From Minisyncoccota bacterium (lineage in GTDB: Bacteria; Patescibacteriota; Minisyncoccia; Phycocordibacterales; PALSA-1337), in assembly GCA_041671485.1 (NCBI GenBank), contig JBAZBL010000002.1:9320-73319 (forward strand): 64,000 nucleotides of DNA, in the 5' to 3' direction. Of this stretch, positions 49,198 to 58,098 are shown piece by piece. Position 1 is the stretch's first letter. Every line of letters begins with the position of its first letter. Under the pieces are notes generated by a model, which saw only the letters and a program-made list of their open reading frames with translations, ran no database searches and was not told the origin of the DNA. The translations under genes were made by a program, and so were the position numbers.

Positions 49198-49407
49198 ATG
49201 AAAAAGATTTCACTAAAAAGTCTAGTATGGAAAGAGGGAAAGTATTTTGTTTCCCATGCCCTTAACGTGGATGTTTCAAGTTTTGGAAAAACACGAGGTG
49301 AAGCTTTGAAGAATCTAGTTGAAGCAATTAAACTATATATGGAGGATCTTCCTAAATTCAAGATTAGGGAAGTCACACGGCCAGCCATTGTCAACAATGC
49401 TTTGTAA
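49198..49407 (+). CDS. HicB-like (UPF0150) small protein, orphan
   Basis: WKEGKYFVSHALNVDVSSFGKTRGEALKNLVEAIKLYMED follows the HicB N-domain pattern. No hicA partner lies adjacent. Confidence 0.4.
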   Translation: MKKISLKSLVWKEGKYFVSHALNVDVSSFGKTRGEALKNLVEAIKLYMEDLPKFKIREVTRPAIVNNAL

Positions 49408-49408
49408 T

Positions 49409-49441
49409 TAAAAACCGCCACTTCCTTTCGAAAGTGGCGGG
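49409..49441 (-). terminator. Rho-independent terminator for the 49461-50003 gene
   Basis: ccgccactt-cctttcga-aagtggcgg hairpin with a T-run on the minus strand. Confidence 0.5.
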
Positions 49442-49460
49442 CGAAACTGTTTGGTGGATC

Positions 49461-50003
49461 TTATCGGCGTCCACCACCGTGGCCACCACCACCATGGGTG
49501 CTGTACGACGGGTACACTGCTCCCGGAGGCGAGCTGTATTGATTCCCGTACCGAGTGTAAACACTCGGCCCCGGTTGCTGGTAAACAGCACCGGGCGGGT
49601 ATGAGATCTGGTCGGGGTACCTCACATACGACGATCCTCCGTTGTAGTATGTTGGGACGGAATTGTACGTTGGTGCGTATCCACCGGAGTACCCGACACT
49701 ACCGGATCCGGTCCAGTAATGAGTTTGCCCACTGCTATTCATCGGGGTGATGGAGACATTGTTCTCCGCCCCGACAGGGATCTGCGACCAGTACTTGCGG
49801 TTGTAGGACTGACTCCCAACGAGAGCCCACCCCTTCGAGTGGTCTTCATAGGTGGACAAGTCCACCGTGTTACCACAGGCGTCCTTGGTGATGTGATTGC
49901 GTTTGACCACATCGTTCTTCTGGTACGTTGCACAACCAGTGCCGACGACCGACACTGCGATGAGACCAACCGTCAGGACAACCAACGAAACTAAATTCTT
50001 CAT
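49461..50003 (-). CDS. Gly/Tyr/Pro-rich putative lipoprotein (higher GC)
   Basis: Signal peptide with lipobox-like VGTGC. The C-terminal half is low-complexity G/Y/P/S. Confidence 0.45.
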   Translation of the reverse strand: MKNLVSLVVLTVGLIAVSVVGTGCATYQKNDVVKRNHITKDACGNTVDLSTYEDHSKGWALVGSQSYNRKYWSQIPVGAENNVSITPMNSSGQTHYWTGSGSVGYSGGYAPTYNSVPTYYNGGSSYVRYPDQISYPPGAVYQQPGPSVYTRYGNQYSSPPGAVYPSYSTHGGGGHGGGRR

Positions 50004-50102
50004 AATTCAAAGTTCTATCTATCTGTAGTTTGTTTTCTTTTTTACCCAGAGACGTTCCAGGTAATTCCCTAGAAGTCTAGCATACTAGAGCTAAATTGTC
50101 AA

Positions 50103-50121
50103 GCGAGATCAGATCTCGGTA
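50103..50121. repeat. Palindrome family A copy 3 (gCGAGATCaGATCTCGgta)
   Basis: See 9012-9032. Confidence 0.55.
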
Positions 50122-50128
50122 AAAATGC

Positions 50129-50286
50129 GCATAGCTTGATGAGATATGCTCTTGAGCCGACACGCAATGCGATCTGAGCCATGAACAAATTGCTCGTATT
50201 TGCTGAATCCTTGTAAGCAAATACGATTGCAATTTGGAATGGCGACCTTGCGTGGAGGCGAGGGAGCATATCTCATCAAGCTATGC
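50129..50286. repeat. Long inverted-repeat / MITE-like element (~158 nt)
   Basis: Perfect 23-nt terminal inverted repeats (gcatagcttgatgagatatgctc at 50129-50151; its reverse complement at 50264-50286). Nested inner inverted repeat ttgctcgtatttgct / agcaaatacgattgcaa. Confidence 0.6.
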
Positions 50287-50475
50287 TGAGAATCGGAGGT
50301 GCGACCTCCGATATTGGCACTATCCCAGAGTTATCCACAGGTCGCCTTGTGGTGTGGATAGCGAGAAGTGTTGTAGAATAGCAGTAAGTGGGAAGAAGTG
50401 GGATAAGTAAAAAACGTACATATGTTCATCATTTGAATACGTCATACAAACTGCTTCAATACCCGCAAAATTTAT

Positions 50476-50919
50476 ATGCTCATTGGCGAATACAAGCACA
50501 CTATCGACGGCAAGAATCGCCTCTCCATACCTGTCAAATTTCGACAGGAAATGGGGAATAAGGTGATCATAACGAGCGGGCTCGATAACTGTCTCTTCAT
50601 CTTTACGATGATAGAGTGGGAAAGAGTCACAGCACGTTTGTCGGCTTCGGAAGCGTCAATGTTGCAGGCGGACAATCGAGGCTTCAACCGTTATCTCCTC
50701 GGAGGAGCGGTTGAAGTCGAGATTGATACAGTAGGTCGTATGCTCATACCACAATATTTGCGTGATAGGGGCAATCTAATAAAAAGTAAGGTTGTGATAG
50801 TAGGCGTGAGAGATCGTGCCGAAATATGGGATGAAGAAAATTGGGAAAAGTATAGGAGTGGGGTCGAACAAAATGTCGATGCATTGGCAGAGAAGCTGGG
50901 ACAGAGTAGTGAAAAGTAA
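50476..50919 (+). CDS. mraZ: Transcriptional regulator MraZ
   Basis: N-terminal GEYKHTIDGKNRLSIP and duplicated MraZ half-domains. First gene of the dcw cluster. Confidence 0.8.
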   Translation: MLIGEYKHTIDGKNRLSIPVKFRQEMGNKVIITSGLDNCLFIFTMIEWERVTARLSASEASMLQADNRGFNRYLLGGAVEVEIDTVGRMLIPQYLRDRGNLIKSKVVIVGVRDRAEIWDEENWEKYRSGVEQNVDALAEKLGQSSEK

Positions 50920-50923
50920 GAGT

Positions 50924-51826
50924 ATGGAAAGTATTCATAAAGCAGTTCTTTTACATGAAGTAGTAAGTGGACTAGTCACGAGGTCGGACCTCGTGGGTTG
51001 TGTGAATTATCTAGATTGCACTATAGGTGGTTGCGGGCATGCTCTCGCTATAGCCGAAGCACTAAAAGGCAATCTCAATATAATAGGTCTTGATCGTGAT
51101 CCGAGATCAATAGAGAGAGCAAAAGTCTTATTGAGTGGTAAAGCAGAGAAAGTAATATTGGAAAATGAAGACTTTCGCAATCTTGATAAGGTATTAGACA
51201 AAAATGAGATAAAAAATGTTGATCTTATTCTCATGGATCTAGGGCTATCTAGTGATCAGCTACAAGATTCTATGCGAGGCTTTTCATTCCAGGCAGATGA
51301 ACCACTACTTATGACTATGAATGATCCAACGAAACATTTATTCAATGCAGGAAGTATAGTCAACAATTGGAAGGAAGAAGATATTGCAAATGTAATATTT
51401 GCTTATGGAGAAGAGAGATTTGCAAGGAGGATAGCAAAGGGGATCGTAGAATATAGAGAGAAGAAAGAGATAGAAACTTCTGGAGAACTCGTAGAAATAA
51501 TAAAGATGAGAGTGCCAGCATTTTATAGGAGGGGGAAGATTCATCCGGCAACAAAGACTTTCCAAGCATTACGGATAGCAGTAAACGATGAATTGAATTC
51601 CTTGAAAGAAGGACTAGAGAAGAGTTATGAAAGACTAAATATAGGAGGCAGGATGGCAGTGATTTCATTTCATAGTTTGGAAGATAGAATAGTCAAAAAT
51701 TTTTATAAAGAAAAAGCAAATACAAAAGAATCTATTGTTACCAAGAAACCAGTCTGTGCGAGTTTGGAAGAAGTGAGAGATAACCCTAGGTCTAGAAGTG
51801 CAAAATTGAGAATTTTTCAAAAATGA
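50924..51826 (+). CDS. rsmH: 16S rRNA (cytosine1402-N4)-methyltransferase RsmH
   Basis: HKAVLLHEV N-terminus and the SAM-binding motif DCTIGGCGHA. Start taken at an internal Met of the listed ORF. Confidence 0.8.
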   Translation: MESIHKAVLLHEVVSGLVTRSDLVGCVNYLDCTIGGCGHALAIAEALKGNLNIIGLDRDPRSIERAKVLLSGKAEKVILENEDFRNLDKVLDKNEIKNVDLILMDLGLSSDQLQDSMRGFSFQADEPLLMTMNDPTKHLFNAGSIVNNWKEEDIANVIFAYGEERFARRIAKGIVEYREKKEIETSGELVEIIKMRVPAFYRRGKIHPATKTFQALRIAVNDELNSLKEGLEKSYERLNIGGRMAVISFHSLEDRIVKNFYKEKANTKESIVTKKPVCASLEEVRDNPRSRSAKLRIFQK

Positions 51827-52158
51827 ATAAAGCAATAATAAAGATATATAATATAGTTTCTAGAGATCAATCGAAGTTTGTATACTTATTGATTGCTATT
51901 TGTATCTGTGTATCTTTTGTATACGGTTTGTTCGTCTATAGAACAATAGAATACACTATTGCCATCCGAGACAATGAAACAAAGATAGCAGACCTTGGAA
52001 GTCTTGTTGGTGAACTAGATACACAATATATTGCCAAATCATCCAAGATTACTTCAGAATTGGCAAAAGAATATGGTCTCTATGAGACAAAAGTAAGTGC
52101 ATATATCAATCGTACAACTTCTCTCGGAAGTGTAGCGCGAGCGCGGTTGGAGTTGTGA
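51823..52158 (+). CDS. ftsL: FtsL-like small membrane protein
   Basis: Single TM helix followed by a coiled-coil region. Lies between rsmH and ftsI. Call rests on position. Confidence 0.4.
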   Translation: MNKAIIKIYNIVSRDQSKFVYLLIAICICVSFVYGLFVYRTIEYTIAIRDNETKIADLGSLVGELDTQYIAKSSKITSELAKEYGLYETKVSAYINRTTSLGSVARARLEL

Positions 52159-53882
52159 TGAATCATATACAAAAGATCAAAACAAGGACCGCTCTTATCG
52201 GCATTATATTGTTTGCTCTTATTCTATGCATAACTCTATATTCGCGACAAATAGTAAAAGGGGAAATATATGCTATAAAAGCTGATAAACAATATGCTCG
52301 TCCTGGGGCGCAAGTATTCGATCGTGGAAGTATATATTTCAAATCAAAAGATGGAACAAAGATCGCCGCAGCAACGATAGAGCGTGGTTATGTTGCATTT
52401 GTAAATCCCAAACTCATAAATGATGCAGAGGAAGTTTTTAATGTTGTTTCTCAATTCTTGAAAATAGATAATGCTACGTTTCTGAAAATTGCATCGAAGA
52501 AAGATGATCCATATGAAGAGATTGCACATAGATTGGATCAAAGTACAATGCAATCATTGTTATCTCTATCTATGCCCAGTGTTGGTGTTACTAGTGAAGC
52601 TTGGCGATCATACCCTGGAGGAGTCTTATCTGCACATTTGCTTGGTCTTACTGGACAAAATAAAGATTCATCTCTAATCGAAGGTAAATATGGTCTGGAG
52701 AGATCGTATCAAGATATTCTGGATCGTTCTCGAGAAAGTAATAGTTCTATTGAAATCTTTGCTCAATTATTTGTTGATGTGAGGGATAGCCTTATCGGAG
52801 AAAAAGAAGTTGTAGGTGATATAGTAACAACTATAGAACCTACCGTTGAAGCATATTTAGAAAAAACTTTAAGTGAGACAAATGCAATATGGCATCCCGA
52901 TGAAATAGGAGGTATCATAATTGATCCAAAAACTGGTGATATTATAGCGATGGCATCTCTACCCACATTCAATCCAAATGATACTTCTCTTATAAATAAC
53001 GCTTCTATATTCTCAAATCCATTGGTTGAACATGTATATGAGATGGGTTCAATCATGAAGCCACTCACTATAGCAATGGGATTGGATTCTGGAGCAATAG
53101 GTTTGGATTTTACCTATGATGATCCTGGTTGCATCACTCTCGACACAAAGAAGATATGCAATTCTGATAAACTTCCACGCAATCGAGTAGATATTCAAAC
53201 AGTGTTGGATCATTCCTTGAATGTGGGAGCGGCTACAATTGCCATAAAAACTGGTAGTGAAAAAGTAATCAATTATTTTTCTGATAGATATAATTTTGGC
53301 AGAAAGACTGGTATTGATTTGCCCAATGAAGCTACGAATCTACTAGGCAATATGAAACGGGGTCGTGATATAGAGATAGCTACTGCAGCATATGGACAAG
53401 GTATAGCAGTGTCCCCGATCGCCATGACAAGAGCTCTTTCAATCCTTGCAAATGATGGATATGGGATTGTACCTCATGTAGTAAGTGAAGTCATCTATTC
53501 CGATGGAACGAGAGAAGACATGAAGGTAGAACAAGTCAAGATAAGATCATTGAATAAAATTACTGTTGATGAAGTGACCAAGATATTGGTGTCTATTGTA
53601 GACAAAACACTGAAGGGTGGTGCTATCAAAATGCCAAATCATTCTATTGCTGCGAAGACTGGTACTGCACAAATACCGGATCCGAAGAATGGTGGCTACT
53701 ATACTGATAGATATTTGCATTCATTCTTCGGGTATTTCCCTGCATACAATCCAAAATTTTTGATTTTCATCTATCAAGTGCATCCAAAGGGTGCTCAATA
53801 TGCATCGGAGACTTTGACAGATCCGTTTGCCAATATGACCAAGTTTCTGATAAATTACTACAATGTGCCTCCGGACAGATAG
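52155..53882 (+). CDS. ftsI: Penicillin-binding protein transpeptidase (FtsI/PBP2-like)
   Basis: N-terminal TM anchor, SxxK (GSIMKP), SxN (HSLN), and KTGT motifs. Confidence 0.75.
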   Translation: MMNHIQKIKTRTALIGIILFALILCITLYSRQIVKGEIYAIKADKQYARPGAQVFDRGSIYFKSKDGTKIAAATIERGYVAFVNPKLINDAEEVFNVVSQFLKIDNATFLKIASKKDDPYEEIAHRLDQSTMQSLLSLSMPSVGVTSEAWRSYPGGVLSAHLLGLTGQNKDSSLIEGKYGLERSYQDILDRSRESNSSIEIFAQLFVDVRDSLIGEKEVVGDIVTTIEPTVEAYLEKTLSETNAIWHPDEIGGIIIDPKTGDIIAMASLPTFNPNDTSLINNASIFSNPLVEHVYEMGSIMKPLTIAMGLDSGAIGLDFTYDDPGCITLDTKKICNSDKLPRNRVDIQTVLDHSLNVGAATIAIKTGSEKVINYFSDRYNFGRKTGIDLPNEATNLLGNMKRGRDIEIATAAYGQGIAVSPIAMTRALSILANDGYGIVPHVVSEVIYSDGTREDMKVEQVKIRSLNKITVDEVTKILVSIVDKTLKGGAIKMPNHSIAAKTGTAQIPDPKNGGYYTDRYLHSFFGYFPAYNPKFLIFIYQVHPKGAQYASETLTDPFANMTKFLINYYNVPPDR

Positions 53883-53893
53883 GTTGCACAATT

Positions 53894-55195
53894 ATGAGAT
53901 TTATAAAGAAAATTCTTGTTTCAATACTTACTCTAGAGTCCAAAGCTATCCTAAAGAAGTATAGGCCATTTGTAATAGCTGTGACTGGAAGTGTAGGCAA
54001 AACTTCTACAAAAGATGCTATATATGCAATGCTTCGGAATAGTGGTGGCTTTGTAAGGAAAAGTGAAAAGAGTCTAAATAGTGATATCGGCTTGCCTCTC
54101 ACTATCATTGGAGTTCCGAATGCTTGGTATAGTATTTCTCTATGGGTACAGAATATTATTCAAGGATTATCTCTTATATTAATTAACCAAGAATATCCAA
54201 ATCTATTGATCCTAGAAGTTGGTGCAGATCATCCAGGTGATATAAAGAAGATTACAAAATGGCTTCATCCAGATATTGCAGTTATTACAAAGATAAGTGA
54301 TATGCCAGTACATGTAGAATTTTTCAAATCACCAGAGCAAGTTTTCGAAGAAAAGATGGCTTTGGGGGAAGCCCTGAAAGATGGTGGAACACTATTACTA
54401 TTTGCAGATGACAATAAGGTTGCATCTATAGGCAATATAATAAAAAAGAATTCAAAGAAGAAATTTGAAGTACTGACTTTCGGTACAGCAGAAAATGCAA
54501 ATATAAGAGGTTTTGACTATGAAGTAAAAGGTATGAATGAAGGATTTACTTTCAAGATGAATTTCTCTGGTCGCATAGAGACGGTGAAGATAGATAGGGT
54601 GTTAGGGAAGCAACAGATGTATCCACTACTTGCTGCTATAGCTGTCGGCAAAGTCAGAGGACTTTCTGTCGATGATATGATGAGAGGCTTGTATGAATAT
54701 GAATCACCTAGGGGGCGTATGAATGTATTGGATGGAGTGAATGGTTCTCAAATAATTGATGATACTTACAATTCATCACCAGATGCGGTAGTCTCTGCCC
54801 TCGAAACTCTCAAAGAATCGAAGTGTAGAGGTAGAAGAATAGCTATATTGGGGGATATGATGGAGCTTGGAAAATATTCTACGGAAGAACATAGGAAGGT
54901 AGGAAAAGTTGTTTCGAAGATTTCTGATATTTTGATAACAGTTGGACCTAGAGCAAGGATGATAGGAGAAGAAGCATTGGCAAATGGTATGGAAAAAGAA
55001 AGGATAATATCCTTTGACTGCTCAATAGATGCTATACCTTATGTCAAATCTTTGATTCAAACTGGTGATGTTGTACTTATAAAAGGATCACAGAGTCCTA
55101 GACTAGAGCGTATAACAAAAGCTCTCTTGAAAAATCCCGAGAAAGCAGATAAACTCCTTGTGCGACAAGAGAAAGAATGGTTGGAGAAGAAGTGA
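53894..55195 (+). CDS. murF: UDP-N-acetylmuramoyl-tripeptide--D-alanyl-D-alanine ligase
   Basis: Mur ligase P-loop AVTGSVGKTSTKD and Mur ligase middle and C-terminal domains. Confidence 0.75.
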   Translation: MRFIKKILVSILTLESKAILKKYRPFVIAVTGSVGKTSTKDAIYAMLRNSGGFVRKSEKSLNSDIGLPLTIIGVPNAWYSISLWVQNIIQGLSLILINQEYPNLLILEVGADHPGDIKKITKWLHPDIAVITKISDMPVHVEFFKSPEQVFEEKMALGEALKDGGTLLLFADDNKVASIGNIIKKNSKKKFEVLTFGTAENANIRGFDYEVKGMNEGFTFKMNFSGRIETVKIDRVLGKQQMYPLLAAIAVGKVRGLSVDDMMRGLYEYESPRGRMNVLDGVNGSQIIDDTYNSSPDAVVSALETLKESKCRGRRIAILGDMMELGKYSTEEHRKVGKVVSKISDILITVGPRARMIGEEALANGMEKERIISFDCSIDAIPYVKSLIQTGDVVLIKGSQSPRLERITKALLKNPEKADKLLVRQEKEWLEKK

Positions 55196-55208
55196 TTGTG
55201 GTACTAAG

Positions 55209-55280
55209 GGCCCTATCGTCTAACGGTTAGGACATTGCCTTCTCAAGGCAGTAATCCGGGTTCGATTCCCGGTAGGGTCA
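55209..55280 (+). tRNA. tRNA-Glu (anticodon CUC)
   Basis: Hand-folded cloverleaf: acceptor ggcccta/tagggtc (one G-U pair), D arm gtc..gac, anticodon stem ttgcc/ggcag with loop ttCTCaa (U33, A37), T arm ccggg-ttcgatt-cccgg, discriminator A. No encoded CCA. Confidence 0.65.
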
Positions 55281-55286
55281 CTCGGT

Positions 55287-55322
55287 CAAAAAAGACTGGA
55301 TTATTCCAGTCTTTTTTGACCG
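55287..55322. terminator. Perfect 15-bp hairpin (gtcaaaaaagactgg / ccagtcttttttgac), bidirectional terminator-like
   Basis: Perfect inverted repeat with internal A/T runs, immediately 3' of the tRNA. Confidence 0.5.
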
Positions 55323-55762
55323 TAGGGAGGCTCTGGGAATCGAAGCCCGATTGAGATTTTATCGAGTCCGCAGGACGAAGAGAAAATCCAATTGGGGTAC
55401 TGGTCCTGTAAGGACCGATTCCCGGTAGGGTCACCAAGAGAAACATTGTAGGATTTAAGATAGCAGAGCGATTTTGTGGAAGCCAAAATCGTTCCAAAAT
55501 GCAGAAACTGAAGAAGTTTCTCTTGGTGATGTAATTGTATCATTTGCTCGAATTTTCTTCCAAAGGAATTCTTGAAGCACCCCGCCACTTTTTTATCTGG
55601 AGAAAGTGAAGCGGGGTGCTCTACTCGCCCGCACGCAGGAGTGGTTTGGAGAGGAATGCGTGCGGGCTCCCATTCTTTTTTGGCAGGGGGAATCCTTAAA
55701 TACAGAATATCATAATATCTAAACTTTGGATATTGATTATTTAGATAGATGATAGTATCATT

Positions 55763-55984
55763 ATGACTAAGTCAATCAGAACCAAAGAATATGCTTATTT
55801 TGTTGAGCGATTGCGTAAAGCTCGCGAGGAGAAAGGATTGACACAGATACAAGTTGCAAAAAAATTGAGGCGTCCACAATCGCATATTTCTAATATCGAA
55901 TCAGGACAGCAGAGAGTTGATGTTGTTGAACTTCAGACTTTTGCGAAGATTTATGGGAAGGATATTGGGTATTTTATTAAATAA
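55763..55984 (+). CDS. XRE-family HTH transcriptional regulator
   Basis: Cro/C1-type HTH (GLTQIQVAKKLRRPQSHISNIESGQQ). Confidence 0.7.
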   Translation: MTKSIRTKEYAYFVERLRKAREEKGLTQIQVAKKLRRPQSHISNIESGQQRVDVVELQTFAKIYGKDIGYFIK

Positions 55985-55995
55985 CTTTAAATGAT

Positions 55996-56502
55996 ATGAA
56001 TTGGTCAAAGGAAAATGCTTTAAAAATACTAATCCTAATAGCTCTAACAGTAGGAGCAACAGTTTTTGTTTTGAATAGCAACGGTAAAGATATCAAATTA
56101 ACTAATGTTCTAGACAAAGAAATAGAGTTACCTAAACTGGTAGAGACAAAAATTGTTAAAATTGGTCGTTATGGTCTAGATTGTCAAACTACTTACTATT
56201 CAGCCATTGTTACAGGAGATTTTTTAATTGATGAATCTTATGTAAAAATAGCTGAAGGTCATGAAAAACAAGTACTCTATGTAGAAGATAAAACTGCTAA
56301 ATTTTTTGGGGCTGACTATGCTGTAATACAAGATGACGAAAGCTATCTTGTTATCGTGCGAACCTATCCCGTTAGTGGTTTAATTGAGACAGTAACAATT
56401 AACAAGGAAAAGGGGATTGGTTTTGATACAAAGACAATGGGTATGGGTATAAGTGGAGGACCACAGTCGGATACCTATATTCTGAAGTGTTTAGAAATAT
56501 AA
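55996..56502 (+). CDS. Hypothetical membrane-anchored protein (168 aa)
   Basis: N-terminal TM helix. ORF only. Confidence 0.35.
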   Translation: MNWSKENALKILILIALTVGATVFVLNSNGKDIKLTNVLDKEIELPKLVETKIVKIGRYGLDCQTTYYSAIVTGDFLIDESYVKIAEGHEKQVLYVEDKTAKFFGADYAVIQDDESYLVIVRTYPVSGLIETVTINKEKGIGFDTKTMGMGISGGPQSDTYILKCLEI

Positions 56503-56511
56503 AACAATTAT

Positions 56512-57006
56512 ATGAAATTAAAAGAAAATTGGTTTATGATTTTACTGCTATTGCTCATAGGTATATTTGTTATTTTTTCCCTTACTAAAAAAAGTAGCGA
56601 CTCAACCGAGATAAAAAAATCATTTTCTGAAACAAATGTTTCTTCTGCTGTTCAAATAACTTGTACTTATCCTCAAGTTTTGAATGCTAATTATTTAAAT
56701 AGTGAAATTTCTCACAACATATCGCAACCTGAAACAAATCCTATAATTTTTACTTTTTCAAAACTTGAGGATCCTAAAGTGGGACAATTGAGTTATATAG
56801 ATTCAACGCGATCTATAACAAATGTTCCGATCTATAAAATAATTGATGATTCTGAAAAATTTGTCTATCTTGATGGAACTGGTGAAAATTATTTATCAAC
56901 TCATACTATCTACAAAAAAACTGGTGTTTCTACATATACAAAAACTGTGAGCATACTCGGTATTCCATCGGGAACTTTAGCCATGGGAAGCTGTGTCGGG
57001 TATTAG
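56512..57006 (+). CDS. Hypothetical secreted/membrane-anchored protein (164 aa)
   Basis: N-terminal TM helix. ORF only. Confidence 0.35.
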   Translation: MKLKENWFMILLLLLIGIFVIFSLTKKSSDSTEIKKSFSETNVSSAVQITCTYPQVLNANYLNSEISHNISQPETNPIIFTFSKLEDPKVGQLSYIDSTRSITNVPIYKIIDDSEKFVYLDGTGENYLSTHTIYKKTGVSTYTKTVSILGIPSGTLAMGSCVGY

Positions 57007-57327
57007 ACCTATGGAAAATTCAAGTAAAAAAAGCCAAGAGGAGTAGGTAGAAATTCGGAATAGTTCGACAATTAATTCTGAGGAATATCAAAGAGCAAAA
57101 GATCATATTCGAGATATACAGGGTAATGTAAATAATATTTAAATTGCTAATTTAACTGATTTTATTAGGGCATATAAAATTGAAACCGAGAAAAACATTG
57201 AAAGTAATCGTAATCTGTCACTTGTAGCTATTGGTGTTGCCATACTAATGCCTTTAATTCCAATGATAATTGATTTAATATTAAAATATTGTTCATAAAA
57301 TTATGAACAAATTAAAGAAAAAACAAT

Positions 57328-57618
57328 ATGAAATATAAAGGTGTAATTATTATTGTTCTTATTGTCGCTGGGATTTACTTCTTTTGGGGTGGAAAAGAAA
57401 CATGGCTCGGATTTTACTATCCTAATGGTTGTTTAACTTGCACAGACCAATATATTTATAGCCCACAATTTGATAATCGTGCTTCATGCCTCGCTTGGGC
57501 TACAAACACCAAGCAGCGACGAAATAATCCCAATGACGATTTTGAGTGTGGAAAAAATTGTAAAGTACCAAATAGTCCAGACGGGTTGTATGTGTGTGAT
57601 GAGACTGTAGATTACTAA
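57328..57618 (+). CDS. Small Cys-rich secreted protein (96 aa)
   Basis: Signal anchor and 7 Cys. A 10-bp-arm palindrome (ttgttcataa aa ttatgaacaa) lies just upstream. Confidence 0.35.
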   Translation: MKYKGVIIIVLIVAGIYFFWGGKETWLGFYYPNGCLTCTDQYIYSPQFDNRASCLAWATNTKQRRNNPNDDFECGKNCKVPNSPDGLYVCDETVDY

Positions 57619-57623
57619 TTCGT

Positions 57624-58022
57624 ATGACGACTGATTCTCTCATCACTCTACATCGTTATTATACTTGGGCTAACAAACTGCGTGTAGATTTTCAGAATAT
57701 TCTGGAAAATAAGAATAAAACTTCTAAAGATGAATTTGAAATAACATCTATAATGTATATGTCGTTGTGGTATGGAATGTTATATGTAGTAATCGAAGGG
57801 TGGCGAGAATTAAAATTTAAAGATCAAGTTATTGACGATTTATTGAGATCAAAATATACCAATTTACTTAGACAATACAGAAATGGAGTTTTTCATTTTC
57901 AGAAAAAATATAAAGATGAAAGATTTGAGGATTTAGATAAAGAAAAAGATGCAGTTAAATGGATAATTGATTTAAACAAAGAATTTGGGAGATTTTTTCT
58001 GGAAAAATTGAAAATGCGATGA
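57624..58022 (+). CDS. Hypothetical protein with a HEPN-like R-x4-H motif (RNGVFH)
   Basis: 132 aa, alpha-helical composition, R-x4-H near the C-terminus. The HEPN assignment is tentative. Confidence 0.35.
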   Translation: MTTDSLITLHRYYTWANKLRVDFQNILENKNKTSKDEFEITSIMYMSLWYGMLYVVIEGWRELKFKDQVIDDLLRSKYTNLLRQYRNGVFHFQKKYKDERFEDLDKEKDAVKWIIDLNKEFGRFFLEKLKMR

Positions 58023-58098
58023 TCTTTACAATACTCTGATATACGATAATCTTCACCAATTTTATTTTCTATACTATAAAATCTGAACAAATGATATA

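Noticed and set aside
55243-55588. Minus-strand ORFs (84 and 95 aa) across the tRNA-Glu / repeat region
   Set aside because: They overlap the tRNA, a perfect hairpin, and the att-like repeats. No RBS, and the products are unconvincing.
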